A stretch of DNA of 64,000 nucleotides from Octopus sinensis (lineage: Eukaryota). How positions within the stretch are numbered: the stretch's first letter is position 1; each line of letters starts with the position of its first letter. Below are positions 1 to 12,529 of the stretch, piece by piece. A program made the translations under genes and the position numbers. The stretch covers positions 67,270,001-67,334,000 of the forward strand of contig NC_043009.1 in NCBI RefSeq assembly GCF_006345805.1, read 5' to 3'. Below the pieces are notes generated by a model that saw only the letters and a program-made list of their open reading frames with translations, made no database searches and had not been told where the DNA came from.

Positions 1-72
1 GTCTGGAAATCGAAACTGCCATCCTCCAACCGTGAGTCTGCTGCCCTAACCACTGGGCCATTGCGCCTCCAC
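1..72 (-). mobile_element. tRNA-derived SINE head (cut by the window edge)
   Basis: Reverse complement is GGCGCAATGGCCCAGTGGTTAGGGCAGC...GTTTCGATTTCC, with A- and B-box-like motifs. Confidence 0.7.
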
Positions 73-1521
73 TTGCCACAAACTGCTGTCCCTTATTGGT
101 GAGAGGTTCAGACTGTCATGACACTTCGCTACTTCATTCCATGTCTTCCGGCCTTTCTTGGTCTCCTGCTTCCACTTGAAATGCTCAACCATTTTTTGTA
201 TACAATCAACATCCTTTTTATTAGTGGTTCCCAAAGAAGGTCATACTAGCATGGAAGGCGAATGTTAAACGATGATGATGATGATGATATATAATTTTCT
301 AGGTTTCTTCAAACCATCTACCCTTCATTTTTCTCTCTCTGTCTCTCTCTCTCTCTCTCTCCCCCAAACTTTCTACAATCCTCATTTTCATTGTAATCAT
401 GTTTGTATCCCTACCCCCCTCACACACACTTGACTGCCAACATTGGTTTGTTTACATCCCTGTAACTTAATGGTGTTCAGCAAAAGCAACTGATGGAGTA
501 AGTACCAAACTTTACAGTGGTGCCCCAGCATGGCCTCGGTCGTATGACTGAGCAAGTAAAAGATAAAAGATTGTGATTTGTTATTTAACTCTACATCAGT
601 CTTAATTGAGCCAACTTATCATCAAAAGCATTCCATCTTTGGAATGCTTTCTGGCACAATGTATCTAGAAGTACATCATCCAATGAGTTCCTCCTTTTTC
701 AAGATGGTAACATGTGATTTAAGGGAGATTTGGCTTCTATTTTTAGCATGTCACATGAGCATATATGAGACCTTCTCATTGGCTTGTCTTTGCATGCAGG
801 AATGGATACAAGAGGAACACCGAACGGGGAAAGATGCAAAGAAATTAACAGAACTCGAATCAGACTTGAACACTGAAACACTTTTTTAATATCTCTCTCT
901 CTCTCTCTCTGTCTCTCTCCATCTCTCTCTCCGTCTCTCTCTCTCTCTCTCATCATCATCATCATCATTGTTATCACTATCATCATCATCATCACAATTT
1001 AGCATGTGTTTCCATGGTGGCATGAGATAGATGATAATGTAATCTTGAGGTTGTTGCTTTCCTCACATCTATGAAGAGGGGGTCAAGTTTTATCCCCCGA
1101 CCCCCGCCGTCCTAAATTTCAATCCCAACCTCTGCCATCAAACACATGTGATGTTTACATATTTCTAGTTTCAAAACAATGTCATCAATCTTCTTCATAT
1201 ATTTCAGATAATGTTTTTGCATATATTTGTACATGGTTGTCACTGTTCTTTGAAACACACACACACACACATGCCTGCTCACAAACACACACATGTGCAC
1301 ACAAGCACTACCCTCACACACTCAACACACAAACACACACTCACATGCTCTCACACACACAAACACACACTCACATGCTCTCACTCACTCACTCACACAC
1401 TCACACACGCTCACTCACTCGCACTCACTCACACATTCACACACACTACCCTCACACACTCACTCATACACACATTCACATACATATACACACACACGTT
1501 ATACATTGCTGGTCACAATGT

Positions 1522-1752
1522 GCTTTTCATTGTTTTAGCTTTCGAATGACCCCACCCCACTGGCCAGGAAAGGTGGTCAATGCACCCCCTGATTGGAAGG
1601 TGATTCCATCATAGTGCCACCCATTTACAGCTGGAGCAACATAAAATGCAGTGTTTTGCTCAAGAACACTACACTCTACTTGGTCGAAGAATTGAACCCA
1701 TGGTCTAGTGATTGTGAGTGCAGTCACCTAACCACTAGCTCATGCGCCTTCA
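1522..1752 (-). mobile_element. tRNA-headed SINE (family D); a second copy lies at about 44505-44755 (-)
   Basis: The two copies share body text (gttttagctttcgaatga...gctcaagaacac...ctaaccact) and a tRNA-like head. Confidence 0.7.
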
Positions 1753-2514
1753 TACTAACACACACACACACACAGAAATAATGGGTTGTACATTTGTTTA
1801 TTTAATATAGGCTTACAACTGTTTCAGATATGCATTTGGGTGTGTTCAAGGTTGAATTTTATATAAATAAATGTATATATCCCATAATTCCTTTCTATTT
1901 TATGAATGACTGTAAAAAAGATACCATCTTAAATGGGCAATACTACCATGGATTTACAGATTTGACTGGTGATCGACTTTGACCTTTGACTTCAGTTCTC
2001 CTGGAGTACAATACTGATCATAAAACGTTTTTCTTAGCCCAGTGTATCTTTATCTATAAAGAGTGTAACAAGTATTTTGCCTGGATTAATATCTCTTATT
2101 CACCCCTCTTTGTTTTGGTAAATATTATTATTATGGGGTTTATGCAGAATATTGAGAATCTGTATATCCATTCATAACAAATTCTATTCATTCTTAATGT
2201 GTTCTGGCACATTTGAATGTTAATATTTGACTGCTGTTGTTTTTCCTCCTCAGAGAACATCTCCCTTTAGATGTTGTCTGATCATAACACATGTGATTCA
2301 TTGATGTGTGGCGACTCTGAGACAACACTGTAATTCATCTTTGTCTCCTCAGTAAGAGGAATCAAAGAAGAATACTGGCAAACAAATTCTTTGCAGATGC
2401 TTACTGAGGTCTGCCAAACTGATAATTCATGAGGTGCCCACAGAACATCAAGAATCCAAACCATAATGAGGAGATGCATTTGTGATGGTGGTGGCAGTGG
2501 CAGCCATTGTTCAT

Positions 2515-2697
2515 TATTTACATTATTTACATTTCACGGATATTTGTCCTCATCTTGTTTGTTGTTAACACAACGTTTCGGCTGATACACCCTCCAGCCT
2601 TCATCAGGTCTCTTGAGGAAATTTCAAACATGGGTTCTCATTCCTAAGGTATTTTTCGATAATATTATCATTATTATTCAGGTCACTGCTTGGAATC
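2515..2697 (-). mobile_element. headless single arm of the hammerhead-carrying short element
   Basis: Near-identical to the arms at 10560-11078 and 54995-55375. Confidence 0.8.
2567..2612 (-). ncRNA. minimal type-I hammerhead ribozyme motif (Penelope-type)
   Basis: Reverse complement is GAGAC CUGAUGA A GGCUG-loop-CAGCC GAAAC GUU GUGUU: core, 5-bp stem II, palindromic ACGU stem III and a GUU cleavage triplet, with one stem-I mismatch. Activity is unproven. Confidence 0.6.
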
Positions 2698-2791
2698 TTG
2701 CCTTACAGGAACTCAGCATTTCTGTGATTGTTAGACCTGCTATAAGAAGCAGTCAGATCTTTGAGATTCAAAGGTAGGCTATGTATAGTCT

Positions 2792-3269
2792 CATTACAGG
2801 CTGACCAGGCCATACCCTTTCTAGTTAGAAAATCTTTTTCAGATGATGATATGTATGACCCAAGATATTTGTAATCAGAAACCATATTTAAGAGCGTATT
2901 GTTGAGAGTATGGATGATGCAATCTCTGTTGGACAGGCACTTGTTTACATATTCAGTCTTGGACTCATTGAGGTAAAGACCTACACAATTTGAGGCTTGT
3001 TCAAGAGATTGTAAAAGAGACTGGGCATTGGAGAGAGAATCACTGATAAGCGCGACATTGTTGTAGAGCTGAAAACGAGTTAATTTCTACTCTTCTCCTC
3101 TGGAAGCCATCTACTCGCGATACCAGAGGGTGCACACTCTCCTACCCTGATGTAATCTCAGGGATACAGGCATCCAGCAACAGGACCTCTGTAATGCTAT
3201 GATGGACCGTGAAGTCTGGCGTAACATAGTAAATTCCAGTGTCTTGACCACGGTCGAACAATGATGATG
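2792..3269. mobile_element. 5'-inverted, truncated RTE/RTEX-like LINE insertion with 11-bp TSD
   Basis: 2792-3058 on - encodes VALISDSLSNAQSLLQSLEQASNCVGLYLNESKTEYV...YKYLGSYISSSEKDFLTRKGMAWSACN. 3054-3269 on + encodes HCCRAENELISTLLLWKP...AMMDREVWRNIV followed by (GAT)n. ATGTATAGTCT occurs at 2781-2791 and 3270-3280. Confidence 0.88.
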
Positions 3270-4619
3270 ATGTATAGTCTAGATAAAGGATGGACTGTCA
3301 TGACTAGAATGTCTTTGATCATGGGTTTACTCTATCAGGATCAACTAGGGAATAAGCCACAATAACATGAATGTGAGAAAACATCAGATAACTTTTTTTT
3401 GCTGTGAAGTTCTTTTTTCTTTTTTGCGCATATTTATTAATTACAAGTCGTTAAATACTTCCTACCACTCCTTTCAGGCCTCGTTTATCAGTTATTGACT
3501 TTGTGAGATTCAAAATGATCACGAGGTGCAGTGGGGGTGGGGTCATTGGCCTAAACAGCTTGGATACAGCTTATACATTGAGGTGCCAGCCTGGCTAGAT
3601 ATGGGCTTGGCTATTGCGGTTAACAAGCTCACATAGCAACCACATGGCTACAGGGTGTTGGTCCCACTGAGGTAACATGGGCAAGTGTCTTCATCTCTTG
3701 CCCCAAGCAAATTAATGCCTTATGAATTAATTTGGTTGACAGAAACTTTTTGGAAGCCAGTTGTGTGTGTGTGTATGTATGTGTTTTCCTTTCACTCAGC
3801 CACTTGACAACCGGTGTTGGTTTGTTTACATCCCTGTAACAGTTTGGCAAAAGAGACGGATAGAATAAGTACAGATTTAAAAACAAAAGCAGTGCCACAG
3901 CATGGCTACAGTCCAACGTCTGAAAGAATTAATAGATAACAGATAATTCTTAAGCAAGCATCTTGTTTGTAGTTATCTACTAAGTAGATGTTTTCATTTT
4001 TTCTTTCTTGGAAACAAGATTTGTCCGTGGTTTAGTTATTTTGCCATCCATAACTTTTTTTTTTCTTTTCAATATCTGAGTGGTTTTCTGTAGAACATCG
4101 ACATATTGTACAACAATCTGAGGCTATGGTCAGAGACACTCATGCCAAGTGCCTTTTAGTGGAGTTGAACCTGAAGACATTTCATTGCAAAATGAGCTTT
4201 CTTAATCACGCAGCCATGTCAACACCCTTATGCCAACTGGATTGCATATGCTTCACTAAAAAGATCTAATAAGATTGGAACATGTCTTTGATTTAATCAG
4301 TTGGCTTTAAAGACAACATCCACTTCTATCTGCATTATCCATATTTTTCCCAAACCTTCTCTTTGATAATTATTATTGGATTATAGGCTTTTCTCTTTAC
4401 TTGTTGTTCTTTTCAGTCATGCAAATTACATGGCAACCCCACTAGTGTTGGTGCCATGAAAAAAATAAAGCACCCAGTACATATTGTGAAGTGTTTGGTG
4501 TTGGGAAGGGCATCCAGCTGCAGGAACTGTACCGAAGCAGACCTAGTGTACAATGCTTCACTGTGGCTCACCAGATGCTGTCAAACGGATCAACCCATGC
4601 CAGCATGGAAAATGGATGC

Positions 4620-4839
4620 TAAATTCTTTTATTCTTTCACTTGTTTCAGTCATTTGACTGTGGCCATACTGGAGCACTGCCTTTAGTTGAACAAATTAAC
4701 CCCAGGACTTATCCTTTGTAAGCCTAGTACTTATTCTACCGATCTCTGCCAAGCTACTATGTTATAGGGATGTAAACACACCCAAAAAATCGGTTGTCAA
4801 GCAATAGAGGGGGGAACAAACACAGACATACAAACATAC

Positions 4840-4874
<35 letters not shown>

Positions 4875-5040
4875 TACAATGGGCTTCTTTCAGTTTCCGT
4901 CTACCAAATCCACTCACGAGGCTTTAGTCAGCTCGAGGCTATAGTAGAAGACACTTGTCCATGGTGCCACGCAGTGGGACTGAACCCGAAACCATGTAAT
5001 GAGGAACCAAGCTTCTTACCACACAGCCACGCCTGCAACC
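4620..5040 (-). mobile_element. abundant tRNA-headed SINE (family A)
   Basis: Shared head ggctgtgtggtaagaagcttg...ggttcagtccc, central (CA/TA)n, tail ...cagcatggcc.cagtcaaatgactgaaacaag. Other copies at about 3630-3930(+), 15590-15810(-), 16150-16560(+), 27195-27570(+), 28555-28750(+), 33878-34296(+), 49005-49262(+), 53885-54370(-). Confidence 0.85.
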
Positions 5041-5602
5041 TATGGCAACAGTGCTAATAATTATTTCCCTTTGTTGGGTTTTTCTCCCCCTCCCCTCAAT
5101 TTTAATAATGGTACAATTTCCTTTCCTTATATCCAAGTGTAAAACGTAGTTGAACTCTAATTTTATTTATTCTATATTTTCAATGAAAAAAAAAGAAAAA
5201 AAGCAATGTTCGAGGCTTATTTGTGAGGAAGGGGGTATTTGTTGTTCTTGCAATGGTGTTTCCTCCGATTCTTGGCTTTATACAGCATCCAGCTCGGAGA
5301 TAAACTTACAGCTTGTTAATACGGCTTTTGTTGATTCTTGCTGGCTTTTTGGTAACAGTGATTCTTCACTCAAGGTCTTCAGTTCACATTTCTGGGTTAT
5401 AAATTTATTTTCAAGAAGAGTTGGCTACGTATACACGTGTGTGTGTGTGTGTGTGTGAGCATGCATGCGTGTGCATGTTTCTTTATATGTGTATTATTAT
5501 GTGTGTGCACATGCATGTATGTATGTATGCGTGTGCATATCACTATATGTACTGTATGTTTGTATGTATATATGTATGTATAAATATGTGTGTGTATGTA
5601 TG

Positions 5603-5642
<40 letters not shown>

Positions 5643-6589
5643 AAGTAATTAACAGCCTATCTTGTTTTTCATTTGAAATCTGAGAGAGGGGCAGAGGTGG
5701 GGTGGGGGGCGAAAGTAGATCAGGGTTGGACTTAACTGAATACTGCAGATTTATTTCTAGTTTAACAGATTTATTACTTTCAACATTGAATATGTTAACA
5801 CTAAGTTATTTACTAACAGACACTGGCTGGAACAATAGATTCATTATTGGTGCTGGTACCGAAGGCCCACCCCCCTCCACACACACACACACACACTCCA
5901 AATCCATGTCTTCTTTGACTACATCCCACTTTCTTGTTACCTCTACTTGCATTATATATCTGTGTATGTGTGTGTGTGTGTATGTATGTGTGTTTATATG
6001 TGTGTGCATATGTGTGGATGTATGTGTATGTATATATATGTGTGGATGTGTATGTGTGTATATGTGTGTGTGCATGTATATATGTGTTTGCATGTATATA
6101 TGTGTGAGTGTGTGTGTATATATATGTATATATTTGTGAGTGTGTATGTATATATATATATGTGTGTGTGTATATATATGTATATATATGTGCGTGCATG
6201 TGTATTTTACATTCCTTTTTCTCTATATAAAGTGATAAAGTCTTGCAATCTGGGTTGAATATGGTTTGCTGAGGAGATCTGATAAAGCTGAAACAAGTCT
6301 ATTGATTTCATTTGTTGGCTTTAAATACAACATTCACTCCCATCTGCATCATCTTTATTTCTCCAAAAATTTCAGTTAGATGATTTTTTTTACCAGGTTT
6401 CTTCCCTTTCCTGTACCTTAAGCCTTTTGCTCCCTATCAAACATAATCCATTGATGACTTTTCTCCATGGTTCCACCCACAAGGTTTTGGTCAGCCCATG
6501 TCTATAGTAAAAGACACTTACCTGAACCTGGAACCGTGTGGTTGGGAGGCAAACTTTCTTACCCAACAGCCATGCTTGGGCCATAATTC

Positions 6590-6800
6590 TAGGTTTTACT
6601 CTTCCTCCTTTCCCATTCATTTTATCTTCTATTAGCAATCCTTGGAATTCAGTTTTTCCTAATTGAGGGTCCAGAATATTTTTTCTTTCTTTGATGTTTT
6701 CCTGTAAAATATTCTTAGTTTTTACGTTCTTCATAACTTGTCATTGATTTTCAAGTTCCGTCCAGTTTTGTGAAAAGTCTTCTTTTGCCCTCATCTCAAA
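6590..6800 (-). mobile_element. degenerate RTE-type LINE 3' coding remnant
   Basis: GLLIEDKMNGKGGR resembles the RTE C-terminal motif (L.I.GKIEGKRGRGR). Confidence 0.35.
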
Positions 6801-7497
6801 CGCTTGTAACCTATTTGGTAAAACTTTGATTTGAGACCCATATAGCAGAGTGGACCATACATAACAATTAGTTCACAATGCATAACATTAATAGTAATTA
6901 TATGTATTTTGATATTTATATGTAAACATAACTCTGTGGTGAAGAAGTTGGTTTGGGTTACCAAGGGTTCAGAGTTTGATCCCACTACAAAGTATTGGGA
7001 GCAAATATTTACTGAAGCTTTTGTTTGATCTTCATCTTCAGAGTGAGATTTGATAAATTGAAACTTTGTGAGAAAGAGGCCTGTTATCCAACCATCTGTC
7101 CATCTGCCCGCCTGTCCGTCTGCCCTTCTGTCGATCTGTCTGTCCACCTGTCCGTTCCCCCATCAACATGTGTGTGTGGGGGTTAATATCTTGCTTGGAA
7201 ACAGATAAGGACTGACACCAGACCGGACATCTGGCCCTAGTAAATTTTGTTCCAGTATAGACTCATCTGACCCATGCAAACATAGAAAAGTAGATGTTAA
7301 AATGATGATAACGAGGATATGCCTCCAGTTTTCCAAAACGGCTGAAGCCATCCATGATCCACCTTTATATATTAATATCCCATTCTATATCTCTCCACAG
7401 TTCTCCAAACAGACAGGGCCATGACCTATATGTATGTATGTATGTATGTATATATATATATAAATATATAAATTTATTTTTCTTTATCTCTCCACAG

Positions 7498-7614
7498 TTT
7501 TCCAAACAGACAGTATTAGACAGCTATCTCTCATTTGTTGATAATTACAAGAAATCTGGCAATGCTCTTGAAAATGACTTGCTGACAAAATCTTCTGTGT
7601 CAAAATTTATTGAG
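7498..7614 (+). CDS. ARHGEF17: Rho GEF 17-like, first in-window coding exon (DH domain), FSKQTVLDSYLSFVDNYKKSGNALENDLLTKSSVSKFIE
   Basis: ccacag acceptor, GAG|gtaagt donor, 117 nt, phase 0-0. Resembles the recalled ARHGEF17 DH segment FSKDVLVNIYSAYIDNF...FLKFLE. The gene is 5'-incomplete in this window. Confidence 0.88.
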
Positions 7615-7933
7615 GTAAGTGGCTTACGAGGCATGGCATGGCGGCATGCACACAAACGCATACCTTATTGACTGTCTCTTTCTGTCTATTACTCTCTCTC
7701 TCTCTCTCTGTCCTTGTGTGTGTCTACTAGCTGACTTTTTCTCTCCCCCCACCCCCTATTGTCTTTTTCATTCATCAACTAAGAGTGCACATGGCTTGTT
7801 AGGCTGAAGATTTTGTCTGTCTTTTAGTATTCCACCTGTTCTTGCTCTTGCTTCCCTCACCTGAAAAGACAATGTTATTGCAGTATGTGTATATGAAGGT
7901 AACTATTTATATACACACACACATATATATATA

Positions 7934-7974
<41 letters not shown>

Positions 7975-8158
7975 TCTAATGGTAAGTCTGCATGTCTATT
8001 GTTGTATTATGCTCACCTAAACTAACTAATTGCTTGTGTGTACCTAGTACCGAGCTTACAGTATTTTAAAGCAACTCTTAGTTGTCATATGTTGGTAGTT
8101 TACTATCAGTATGTATATATACACGCACGTATCTCTCTTTCTTTCTCTCTCTCTCTCC

Positions 8159-8198
<40 letters not shown>

Positions 8199-8358
8199 CA
8201 CGGATGGTTGGCATTAGGAAGGGCATCCAGCTGTAGAAACACTGCCCAATCAGACTGGAGCCTGGTACAGCCTCCCGGCTTCCCAGACCCCTGTCGAACC
8301 GTCCAACCCATGCTAGCATGGAAAACGGATGTTAAACGATGATGATGATGGTGATTGA

Positions 8359-8407
<49 letters not shown>

Positions 8408-8784
8408 TGCACACATAGACATCTACATAGGCACCAAATCCAATATAGATCCTAGATTGCACCCAAGGTTGGTTCCAAGTATACTGTACGTGTAAAAGAA
8501 CATGATAAGCAAGTTCCCCTCTGTTTTATTTATAAATCAAGTCTAGAACTGTACTTGGATCATTCTTCAGGCCATTAACAGCTGACGGTTCACTCGGTCA
8601 CCAGAGTGTATTGTCACATAGGATCACTCAGGCAATTAAAAAAAATGGTAAGAATTTAGCTTAGGATTCACAGAATAAAGGCACAGCAGAAGTTTGATCC
8701 AATCGCATTTCCATTTGTTGGCTTCATTCATGTGTTTGTGGACATATTATAAATATGTTTATGTGTTTCGTGCTAGTAGGGTGT

Positions 8785-9092
8785 CAAGAGCACCATCCGA
8801 GTGTGATCGTTGCCAGAGCAGCCAACTGGCTCTGTGCCGGTGGCATGTGTAAAAAGATTCGAACGAGGTCATTGCCAGTACCACCTGACTGGCCCCCATG
8901 CCGGTGGCACATTAAAAGCACCCACTACACTCTCAGAGTGGTTGGTGTTAGGAAGGGCATCCAGCTGTAGAAACTCTGCCAAATCAAGACTGGAGCCTGG
9001 TGCAGCCATCTGGTTCGCCAGCCCTCAGTCAAAATCATCCAACCCATGCTAGCATGGAAAGCAGACGTTAAACGATGATGATGATGATGATG
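8785..9092 (+). mobile_element. (GAT)n-tailed RTE-LINE 3'UTR-derived repeat (family C)
   Basis: Conserved ...ttaggaagggcatccagctgtagaaa...ccaacccatgctagcatggaaa..cgttaaacgatgatgat. Other copies at about 8200-8350(+), 13625-13990(-), 28288-28468(-), 46617-47040(-), 48735-48990(+), 52940-53125(+). Confidence 0.8.
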
Positions 9093-10079
9093 ATTTAATA
9101 AATACGATTAAGTTGCTCTTTCATCTATTTTGCATAGAAAATAGAAAATGTTTTGCTTAGCAACAAGGCTAAATGTGTTTTTATTAAGCATACACATTTA
9201 AATTCATTTAAATGAGAAGACATTTATTCCTTCTCCGGGTGGAAGGGTGGATCTGATGTTGAATGACTCGAAATCCCCTGAGTACCAGAAATACCATTAA
9301 ACGGTGCATCTCAGAACATCCACAGAATGTATCTTGGAATCGAAAATAATTGTAAGCTGTAAAAATAGTTTTGTCTGCTTTAGTGTAGAAGAACCATCAG
9401 CAGGGTGTTCATCTTCAAAGGGTTAATAGTAATATAGGCAGAGAGAAAGAGAAAGGGGTGTGTGGGTGGGTGGGTGGGTGAGAGAGGGAGGGAGAGATAG
9501 AGATTGAGGGTATGGTTATCTAATCTAACTGGAAGTTCTTTATCTCACTGGGGCACTGGGGTCATCAATGAAGCTTTCTGTTAGTTAAATTCTGTATCCA
9601 ATGGCAACAGGAGCATGATGGGATTCAGAACTCAGAATCGGTAAATTACTGAACTTGAAACTGTAAAAATATCCATTTGTGTTCACTCTATTTAATGATA
9701 ATAGGTAAAAAAAAAAAACCCCAAAACTAGAATTCAATGAAGGTAGCTTGTATGCGGTTGGTTGAAATGCTAGATATAGCAGTTGAGAAAGATACTTCAG
9801 ATAATGTGGTCAGGGATACATTATCTGAAAATAAATAAGATGGGATGGTTATGGCTGGAGCACCCTGATCATAGGTCTGTTTGATGAAAGCTGATTTGCT
9901 ATGAATAACATAAGAGATGGGGGGGGGGGAAGAGGCTAAAATGGTGAAGCACCAGACTAGTTATCATGTGTCTCTATGTTCTGAGTTAAGATCTCAATGC
10001 TTTCCTCAGTAAACTCCTGATGTTGTGGAGTGGACATGTGGAGCACATGCCTGGCTCCAGACTTCCTGGACAGATTTAG

Positions 10080-10290
10080 TATGGTGAAGTAGCTGCTGTT
10101 TCTTGGTCATGTGGTGGACCAAAGAAGAGATAGAAAGTCACTCTCAAGACAACCTGAGTGAAACTTAGAACGGTCTACATGGGAGGAACATCTTGCTCAA
10201 GATCATTCACTCTGGCATGGGACTGTGTACTCTGAAGTACAGCACTCAAAATCAGAAACGATTAGAGAAACTAAAGAGAAGGGAGCTGGA
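10080..10290 (+). mobile_element. degenerate RTE LINE C-terminal remnant
   Basis: GGPKKR*KVTLKTT...TWEEHLAQDHSLW resembles the RTE GGQKKRYKDTLK...WE.LA.DR..W. Confidence 0.45.
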
Positions 10291-10559
10291 TGGAAAACAA
10301 GGGTCCCACTTGGGCCTGACCCTGCTATAACATGTCCCCGCTACAACCATAGGTTTTATGCCAATGTTGGGTTAATAAGCCACCTCGGGACTCCCAAAGA
10401 GTAAAGCTGATAACCTGGTTGTCTTCAGTGACATGGAGGATGAATGTCAGGATCTCAGTACGGTTGATTTTTTTTTTTTTGCCTTTTACAACCCTCTCAG
10501 ATTAATAAGTTAAATTAACTTAACCCTGAACCCTACAAACTCTCACTGCATAGATTTCT

Positions 10560-10846
10560 TATTTACATTTGACGGATATTTGTCCTCATCTTGTTTGTTG
10601 TTAACACGTTTCGACTGATATACCATCCAGCCTTCATCAGGTGTCTGGAGGAAAATTGAACCTGGGTTCTCATTCCTAAGGTATTTTTCAATATTATTAT
10701 TATTATTCAGGTCACTGCCTGGAATCAAACTCAGAATCTTGGGATTAGTAGCCTGTGCTCTTAACCACTATGCCATATGCCTGTGCATAGTGGTTAAGAG
10801 TGCAGGCTACTAATCCCAAGATTCCAAATTCGATTCCAGGCAGTGA

Positions 10847-10883
<37 letters not shown>

Positions 10884-11078
10884 TATTATTATTATAACAT
10901 CGAAAAATACCTTAGGAATGAGAACCCAAGTTCGAAATTTCCCCAAGACACCTGATGAAGGCTGGAGGGTGTATCAGCCAAAATGTTGTTAACAACAAAA
11001 AAGATGAGGACAAATATCCATTAAATGTAAATAGCGTAAATAATGTACATAATTCCTCACCCCTTAAATATAGAACTG
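10560..11078. mobile_element. head-to-head inverted dimer of the tRNA-headed hammerhead element
   Basis: Left arm 10560-10780(-), right arm 10785-11078(+). Flanking direct repeat ACTGCATAGATTTCT at 10545-10559 and 11075-11089. Confidence 0.85.
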
Positions 11079-12529
11079 CATAGATTTCTGTTATATGCAT
11101 TCAATCCTTCTTGTTGAACTTGCTTCCCACTGCAACTTCAACCCTGACTTAGATTTTCATTGAATCCCAAACCACTCAATGCGTGATTGGAAAGGCTGTG
11201 GGCATTGCTTGACCCTTTCAGGCTAATAGACTCAAAAATTTAAAAAAAAAAAAGAAAAAAAAAAGAAATTTCTCCTTCTGTATGAAGCGCTACTGTTTGG
11301 ATGATTTGAACTTACAACCGCAAGCTAACAAGAAAACATAGAGGGGTTTGTCAAGGTCATGACCTCTGCCGACCCTCTGCATTGAATGTGTTTGATGTTT
11401 GTTCATAAAATGTCCAATAAGTTCAGTTTGCAGTGGAAAAGGGGAAAGTCCGCTGCATCATCTACATTCACTGCTGACCTATGCCTTCCCCAGCGACCCC
11501 TTTGTCTTTCTCTAATCCCTGTCGAAAGGGAAGATCATGAAAGGTTAAACTCACCCTCATTCCTGGCTTCAGCTGAACTATTCCATGATGTTCCACAAAC
11601 AACCCCTTTGACTAATTTCTGCAGAAGTAGACCCTTGGCAGCTTTTCCAGATCTCAACTTCTGTTCTAGCATAACACTGCCTGGCCCTCACCTCCCAGAC
11701 GCCATGGGGTAAGCGTAGGTAGGTAAGGAGGGAGGTGCTTCCGGGTGGCTGTAATTCTGGTGAGAAAGGATTGAGTTAGTGTTTAGTGCAAGAATAGAAT
11801 GATAGTGAAATGAAGAAGAGATGATGGCGATGATGATGATGATGACAGGAGAGATGGTTGCATCAGGGTGGGCATGGGTGGCAGTCATACAAAGTTTGTT
11901 GGTTGGGAGGATCTAAAGTCCTTATAGTCTGTATTAGAATAACCAGAAAGAGTGAAAGATGAGATGAGGAAGCCGGCGATCTATGGGTTAGTCATTGTAG
12001 CAAGTTACTAAGTGTGTGTGAATCTTTGTCAATCAACCGGATGGCCTATTTTGGCAGGCAGTCTCGGATGTTTGTGTGTTTGTAACAGCAGCACTGTCCC
12101 AGATATGCAAACATGATAAAACGGTTATTTACAGCTATTTACACATTGATAACTATTTGAAAAAAAAAAAACGTCTGGGTTTTTTGAGAGTTAAGAGTTT
12201 TGACCCAGGACTCCAGTGCACCACAGGTGACCAGATGCAAACAGTGAACCATTTGGTTGGTAAACCAAGACAACCATTTTGCTTACTGTGAGTACCATTG
12301 CATCTCTCGTCTTTCTTGCGACTTGGCATTTATTTCACTTTTCATGATTATTTACTAACACTCACCATCACTATTTTCTTTGAATTCTACTGTTTTATTG
12401 TAGCAGTGCGTGTGTGTGTGTGTGAAATTTCTTTTATTAGCTATGAGTATAATTTATTAAAGTATTGGTTGTTTAAATTTACCTTCCACTACATCTACAT
12501 AGTGTTTATACTCAAGGTCATGGTTTGAG

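Noticed and set aside
2253-2480. Possible upstream DH exon after cctcag
   Set aside because: No frame resembles DH sequence, and stops are present.
5200-5420. Minus-strand coding-like stretch (ENKFITQKCELKTLSEESLL...)
   Set aside because: In-frame stop, no recognisable family, no clear splice sites.
9255-9295. CTGATG...GAAA resembling a hammerhead
   Set aside because: The core is CTGATGT, and there is no convincing stem II or stem I.
10786-10850. tRNA gene calls at the tRNA-like heads (also 1-72, 35605-35680, 55179-55245)
   Set aside because: No closing acceptor stem or oligo-T terminator, and they are joined to repeat bodies, so they are SINE heads.
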